Shown in pieces: positions 29,290 to 33,116 of a DNA stretch of 33,116 nt; within the stretch, counting starts at the first letter, position 1; each line of letters opens with the position of its first letter. The notes under the pieces were generated by a model. The model searched no databases, was not told where the DNA came from, and worked only from the letters and a program-made list of their open reading frames with translations. A program made the position numbers and the translations under genes. Location: contig PEZV01000004.1 of assembly GCA_002778735.1 (NCBI GenBank), positions 1 to 33,116 on the forward strand. The letters are read 5' to 3'. Source of the DNA: Candidatus Berkelbacteria bacterium CG10_big_fil_rev_8_21_14_0_10_41_12 (GTDB lineage Bacteria > Patescibacteriota > UBA1384 > 1-14-0-10-41-12).

Positions 29290-32200
29290 CTACTTCTCCT
29301 TTCCATTTGGTTCAAACTTTTCAAGCGGTTTCTCCTCTTGGCCTGCTTTGATCTCTGTCAATTCACGATCTTCCTGATTAACCCCTTCGTCTTCTTTTGT
29401 TTTGGCAATAGTTTCCTTTTCCTTATCTTGTGTTTCCTCTTTTCTCTCAATTTTCTCCCTTTCAATACTTTCCGATTTTTCACTGGTACTACTCATCTCC
29501 ACTGATAGCCCCAAACTCTGAAGCTCTCTTACCAGAACATTAAATGAAGCCGGTACTGAAGGTTTTTGAATCTTTTCACCTCGGATAATCGATTCATAGG
29601 CTTTGCTTCTGCCAATAACATCATCTGATTTTATCGTGAGCATTTCCTGCAATGTATATGCGGCGCCATAAGCTTCGAGCGCCCAAACTTCCATTTCTCC
29701 AAACCTCTGGCCACCAAATTGAGCCTTACCGCCCAGCGGTTGTTGTGTAACCATTGAATACGGACCAATGGAACGGGCGTGCATTTTATCATCTACTAAA
29801 TGCGACAACTTTAGCATATAAATTATGCCGATCGTTGTTTCTTCGTCAAATGGTTCGCCTGTCCTTCCGTCTACCAGTCTCACTTTACCATTCGCAGGCA
29901 GCCCGGCTCTTTTTAATTCCTCCTCAACATTTTCAACACTGGCGCCATTAAAAATCGGTGTTGCGATTTTGAGAGCATCTTTTTCGGCAACCCACCCAAG
30001 ATGAGTCTCTAAAATCTGCCCTAAGTTCATCCTTGAAACAACTCCCAGCGGATTCAGAATGATATCGATATGCGTTCCGTCAGGCAAAATCGGCATATCT
30101 TCAACCGGCAAAATTTTTGAAATTACACCTTTATTACCGTGACGACCAGAAAGTTTATCACCAACTGAAACTTTCCTCAATTCCGCAACAGACACTTCTA
30201 CTAACTGATATACTCCTTCAGGAAGCTCATCTCCTGCTTCTTTTGAGAGAATTTTTACACCAACAACTTTTCCTCTTTGTCCATGAGGTAACCTGAGAGA
30301 AGTGTCTTTAACATCTTTCGCTTTTTCTCCAAAAATCGCGCGCAACAATTTTTCCTCAGCCGATAACTCAGTTTCCCCTTTAGGAGAAATCTTGCCCACC
30401 AAAATATTGCCAGCTTCAACTTCTGCTCCTATCAAGACTATTCCGTTCTCATCCAAATTTGCCAGTGCATCTTCTCCAACATTGGGAATGTCCCGGGTAA
30501 TAAGTTCGGGGCCAAGTTTCGTATCCCTAATATTTATAGCGTGTTTTTCAATATGAATTGAGGTAAAAATATCGTCTTTTACCAAACGTTCGGAAAGAAT
30601 GATAGCATCCTCGTAGTTATCCCCGTCAAAACTCAAAAATGCAACTTTCAAATTCATTCCGATGGCAAGTTCTCCATTATCCGTTGAAGGACCATCGGCC
30701 AAAATATCACCGGGTTTGATTTTTTGTCCCTGCTCAACAATCGGCTTTTGGTTCATGCACGTTGCTTGATTTGATCTAATAAATTTTTGCAAACGGTATT
30801 TCTTTTCTTCACCACTGGTGGAGAGCACAATAATCTCATCGGCCGATGCTTTCTTCACAATGCCCCTAACATCAGAAATTATTAAATGTCCGCTTGACTT
30901 TGCCACATCACCTTCCATACCGGTCCCGATATAAGGTGATTCCGGCCTCAAAAGCGGCACTGCTTGCCGTTGCATATTCGAACCCATATTTGCCCTAACG
31001 GCGTCATCATGTTCGACAAAAGGAATAAGCGCCGTTGTTATTGAAGCAATTTGCATCGGAGAAACATCAATATAATCAACCAATTCCGATTTCTCAATTG
31101 AAGGTTTTCCGTATTCTCTAACTTGAATCTTGCCCGGCTTCAAATATCCCTTTTTGTCAATCTCAGTCGAGGATGGCGCAATGACCACTCTTTCCTCCTC
31201 TGAAGCATCAAGATATACTAATTTGTCAGTAACTCTTTTTTGGCCATTTTTCTTTTCAACCACCAGATAAGGAGTTTCTATAAATCCATACTCATTGATT
31301 CTGGCAAAACTTGCCAGATATCCAATCAACCCGATGTTAGGCCCTTCTGGTGTTTCAATTGGGCAGATTCTACCGTAGTGCGATTGATGAACATCTCTCA
31401 CCTCAAAGCCAGCTCGTTCACGGCTTAATCCACCTGGTCCGGTTGCTGACAGCGTTCTCTTATGTTCCAATTCTGCCAGTGGATTCGTCTGAACCATAAA
31501 TTGAGACATTTGGCTGGAAGCAAAAAATTCCTGTAGTACCGCCACAATCGGTCGCGAATTTACCAGCTGGATTGGAGTGACGGAATCCGGCTCAACCACG
31601 CTCATCCTATCTTTAATAATTCTTTCCATCCTTAAGAATCCAACGCGCAACCTTGACTGTACAAGCTCTCCGACCGATCTAACTCTTCTATTTTTTAAAT
31701 GGTCAATATCATCCGGCTCGCCGGTAGAATCATTATTTAATCTTATTATTTCCTTAATGACTTCAATAACATCGTCTTTGCGTAAAATCCTTCCATTGAG
31801 ATCATCCTTAACATTCACATCCAGGCGTCTGTTGATTTTATATCGGCCAACTTTTCCCAAATCATATCTCTTCGGATTATAAAACAGTGCGTCTAAAAAT
31901 ATTTTTGCTGCTTCTGCTGTCGCAAGATCACCGGGCCTAATCCTTTTATAAACTTCCACCATTGCCGCATCTTGGTCTTTTCCTTTTGCCGGATCCCTTT
32001 TTAGAGTTGTTTCAATATATTTCAAGTCCGGATTGTCGTCAGTATCGGCAAAAGTGTCGACAACTTTTTGATCATTGCCTACTCCCAAAGACTTTAAAAA
32101 TGCGGTAACGGGTATTTTCCTTTTTCTGTCAACTTTAACCGTAATTACACCTTTATTTGAAGTCTCAAATTCAAGCCAAGCACCCCGGTTGGGAATCAGT

Positions 32201-32652
32201 TTTGCGCCAAAATATTTTTTTCCTGCAACTTCATCAGCAACAAAAATAACTCCGTAAGATCTTACAATCTGCGAAACAACAACTCTCTCTATTCCGTTGA
32301 TTATGAATGTGCCCCTGTCCGTCATCATCGGGAAATCGCCCAAAAAAACCTCGGCAGATTTTGACCTTTTTGTAATCTTATTTTGCAAAGTGACTGAACA
32401 CTTGAGAGGCGCTTTGTAAGTTAAATTCTTTTCCTTGGCCATCTCTTCGTCAACCTTTGGTTTATCCAAATAATAGTTACCGAACTCAAGTGTAAATGCC
32501 TCCCCCGTAAAATCATCGACAGGAGATATTTCGTCCAATAGTTCTTTTATTCCTTCTTCGAAGAGCCAATCATAAGATTGCTTTTGGATTTCTATCAAAT
32601 TGGGAAGCTCAACGATATTTTTTTGCGGACGAAAATATTTCCTCTCACTCAT
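29290..32652 (-). CDS. rpoB: DNA-directed RNA polymerase beta subunit with a ~67-aa K/E-rich C-terminal tail
   Basis: Contains ...SQLSQFM-like SSQMSQFMVQTNPL, GRHGNKGVISKI and GGQRFGEMEVWALEAYGAAY. AAGGAG (32660-32665) lies 7 nt before the ATG. Confidence 0.98.
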   Translation of the reverse strand: MSERKYFRPQKNIVELPNLIEIQKQSYDWLFEEGIKELLDEISPVDDFTGEAFTLEFGNYYLDKPKVDEEMAKEKNLTYKAPLKCSVTLQNKITKRSKSAEVFLGDFPMMTDRGTFIINGIERVVVSQIVRSYGVIFVADEVAGKKYFGAKLIPNRGAWLEFETSNKGVITVKVDRKRKIPVTAFLKSLGVGNDQKVVDTFADTDDNPDLKYIETTLKRDPAKGKDQDAAMVEVYKRIRPGDLATAEAAKIFLDALFYNPKRYDLGKVGRYKINRRLDVNVKDDLNGRILRKDDVIEVIKEIIRLNNDSTGEPDDIDHLKNRRVRSVGELVQSRLRVGFLRMERIIKDRMSVVEPDSVTPIQLVNSRPIVAVLQEFFASSQMSQFMVQTNPLAELEHKRTLSATGPGGLSRERAGFEVRDVHQSHYGRICPIETPEGPNIGLIGYLASFARINEYGFIETPYLVVEKKNGQKRVTDKLVYLDASEEERVVIAPSSTEIDKKGYLKPGKIQVREYGKPSIEKSELVDYIDVSPMQIASITTALIPFVEHDDAVRANMGSNMQRQAVPLLRPESPYIGTGMEGDVAKSSGHLIISDVRGIVKKASADEIIVLSTSGEEKKYRLQKFIRSNQATCMNQKPIVEQGQKIKPGDILADGPSTDNGELAIGMNLKVAFLSFDGDNYEDAIILSERLVKDDIFTSIHIEKHAINIRDTKLGPELITRDIPNVGEDALANLDENGIVLIGAEVEAGNILVGKISPKGETELSAEEKLLRAIFGEKAKDVKDTSLRLPHGQRGKVVGVKILSKEAGDELPEGVYQLVEVSVAELRKVSVGDKLSGRHGNKGVISKILPVEDMPILPDGTHIDIILNPLGVVSRMNLGQILETHLGWVAEKDALKIATPIFNGASVENVEEELKRAGLPANGKVRLVDGRTGEPFDEETTIGIIYMLKLSHLVDDKMHARSIGPYSMVTQQPLGGKAQFGGQRFGEMEVWALEAYGAAYTLQEMLTIKSDDVIGRSKAYESIIRGEKIQKPSVPASFNVLVRELQSLGLSVEMSSTSEKSESIEREKIERKEETQDKEKETIAKTKEDEGVNQEDRELTEIKAGQEEKPLEKFEPNGKEK

Positions 32653-32710
32653 ATTTTGTCTCCTTTTTTCTTTTTATGCAGATAAAGATATTTTTATAAA
32701 CACAAAATTC

Positions 32711-32729
32711 CCTCAATTTAAAATTGAGG
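32711..32729 (-). promoter_or_regulatory. Perfect 9+9 palindrome (cctcaattt a aaattgagg) in the putative rpoB 5' UTR. Weak hairpin, attenuator or operator candidate
   Basis: Perfect inverted repeat about 60-80 nt upstream of the rpoB ATG. On the - strand it is followed by aattttgtgttt. Confidence 0.3.
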
Positions 32730-32817
32730 AAAACCCTAACCTTCCTAATTTAATGCGAAGATTTATCCAACAGTCCCCTTTGGCCTTTAGCGCTCCCTGA
32801 ACTCTTCCGATGAATCA

Positions 32818-32845
32818 ATTTTACCACAAAAATAGTTGCTGTCAA
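32818..32845 (-). promoter_or_regulatory. Candidate strong sigma70-type promoter for rpoB and the downstream array
   Basis: On the - strand: TTGACA (32845-32840), 16-nt spacer ending in TGG (extended -10 TGn), TAAAAT (32823-32818). This predicts a 5' UTR of about 160 nt. Confidence 0.45.
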
Positions 32846-32951
32846 CCCCCACACCAAACTCACAACAATACTGTTTATCTACCCAGACCAGGCAAATATA
32901 TTAACTTGAGATAGTCTTTTAAACAGAATTTGTCAGGGTTTGGTGTGGGGG
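32846..32951. repeat. 106-nt inverted-repeat element or long hairpin with 14-bp perfect GC-rich arms
   Basis: cccccacaccaaac (32846-32859) is perfectly complementary to gtttggtgtggggg (32938-32951), plus a G:U and a C:G extension. An inner 7-bp pair joins ctgttta 32871-32877 with taaacag 32920-32926. The spacer is 78 nt. Confidence 0.7.
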
Positions 32952-32959
32952 GTAATAGC

Positions 32960-33115
32960 TCACCTCAAAGCAACCGGGTTTAACTTTTCCAGTACTCTCG
33001 TTATAAACAACTCTTTATCACTTACCCTCACACTAACTACATCATAGAAAGAAGCATCTTTGTAAGTGGCGGTCGCTTTAATGACATCAGAGAAACAGCC
33101 GGCTTTGGTGCCGGT
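32960..33115 (-). CDS. 3' end of an unidentified ORF entering from the right window edge (51 codons visible). Not L7/L12
   Basis: Only one frame is open on this strand. Hand translation gives ...TGTKAGCFSDVIKATATYKDASFYDVVSVRVSDKELFITRVLEKLNPVALR, with the stop at 32962-32960. I recognise no family. Confidence 0.3.
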   Translation of the reverse strand, partial: TGTKAGCFSDVIKATATYKDASFYDVVSVRVSDKELFITRVLEKLNPVALR

Positions 33116-33116
33116 A

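Noticed and set aside
32600-32800. 66-aa + strand ORF spanning the rpoB start and its upstream region
   Set aside because: It is antisense to the rpoB start and leader. It has low-complexity Phe/Leu-rich sequence and no ribosome-binding site.
32846-32951. Calling the inverted repeat a mobile element (MITE)
   Set aside because: There is no flanking target-site duplication, no transposase and no second copy in the window. I report it only as a repeat or hairpin.
1-33116. CRISPR arrays, tandem repeats, tRNA or rRNA genes, integrases or transposases, toxin-antitoxin or defence gene pairs
   Set aside because: Reading through the intergenic regions and unassigned ORFs turned up none. Apart from the two window edges and the gaps described above, essentially every base is accounted for by conserved housekeeping genes.

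Overview
This is an AT-rich window made up almost entirely of core translation and transcription genes. On the + strand, a GC-rich structured non-coding segment sits at the left edge and ends in ...GGUCCACCA. It may be the 3' part of a tmRNA, but its T-arm is non-canonical. It is followed by leuS, rpmF, nusB and rnc. On the - strand there is one nearly gap-free co-directional array of about 28 kb (32652 down to 4436). Its order is rpoB, rpoC, rpsL, rpsG, fusA, tuf, the S10 cluster, the spc cluster, secY, map, infA, rpmJ, rpsM, rpsK, rpsD, rpoA, rplQ, rplM, rpsI, rbfA, a small membrane protein, a DD-carboxypeptidase and a PaaX-family regulator. There is no L30 gene between rpsE and rplO and no adk between secY and map. 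Many stop and start codons overlap, and several proteins are short or carry charged tails. These traits suggest a streamlined bacterium, probably Patescibacteria/CPR, though that is an inference. UGA is used as a stop codon, so this is not a code-4 genome. I found no transposase, integrase, CRISPR array, toxin-antitoxin pair or defence genes, and no convincing novel multi-gene system. This looks like an ordinary housekeeping locus. The observations most worth a second look are listed below.
- The tmRNA-like RNA at the left edge.
- An RNA polymerase alpha subunit with no C-terminal domain.
- An insertion of roughly 115 aa in LeuRS.
- A structured 130-nt spacer between rpsJ and rplC.
- A 106-nt inverted-repeat hairpin between an unidentified upstream ORF and a strong promoter-like motif for rpoB.
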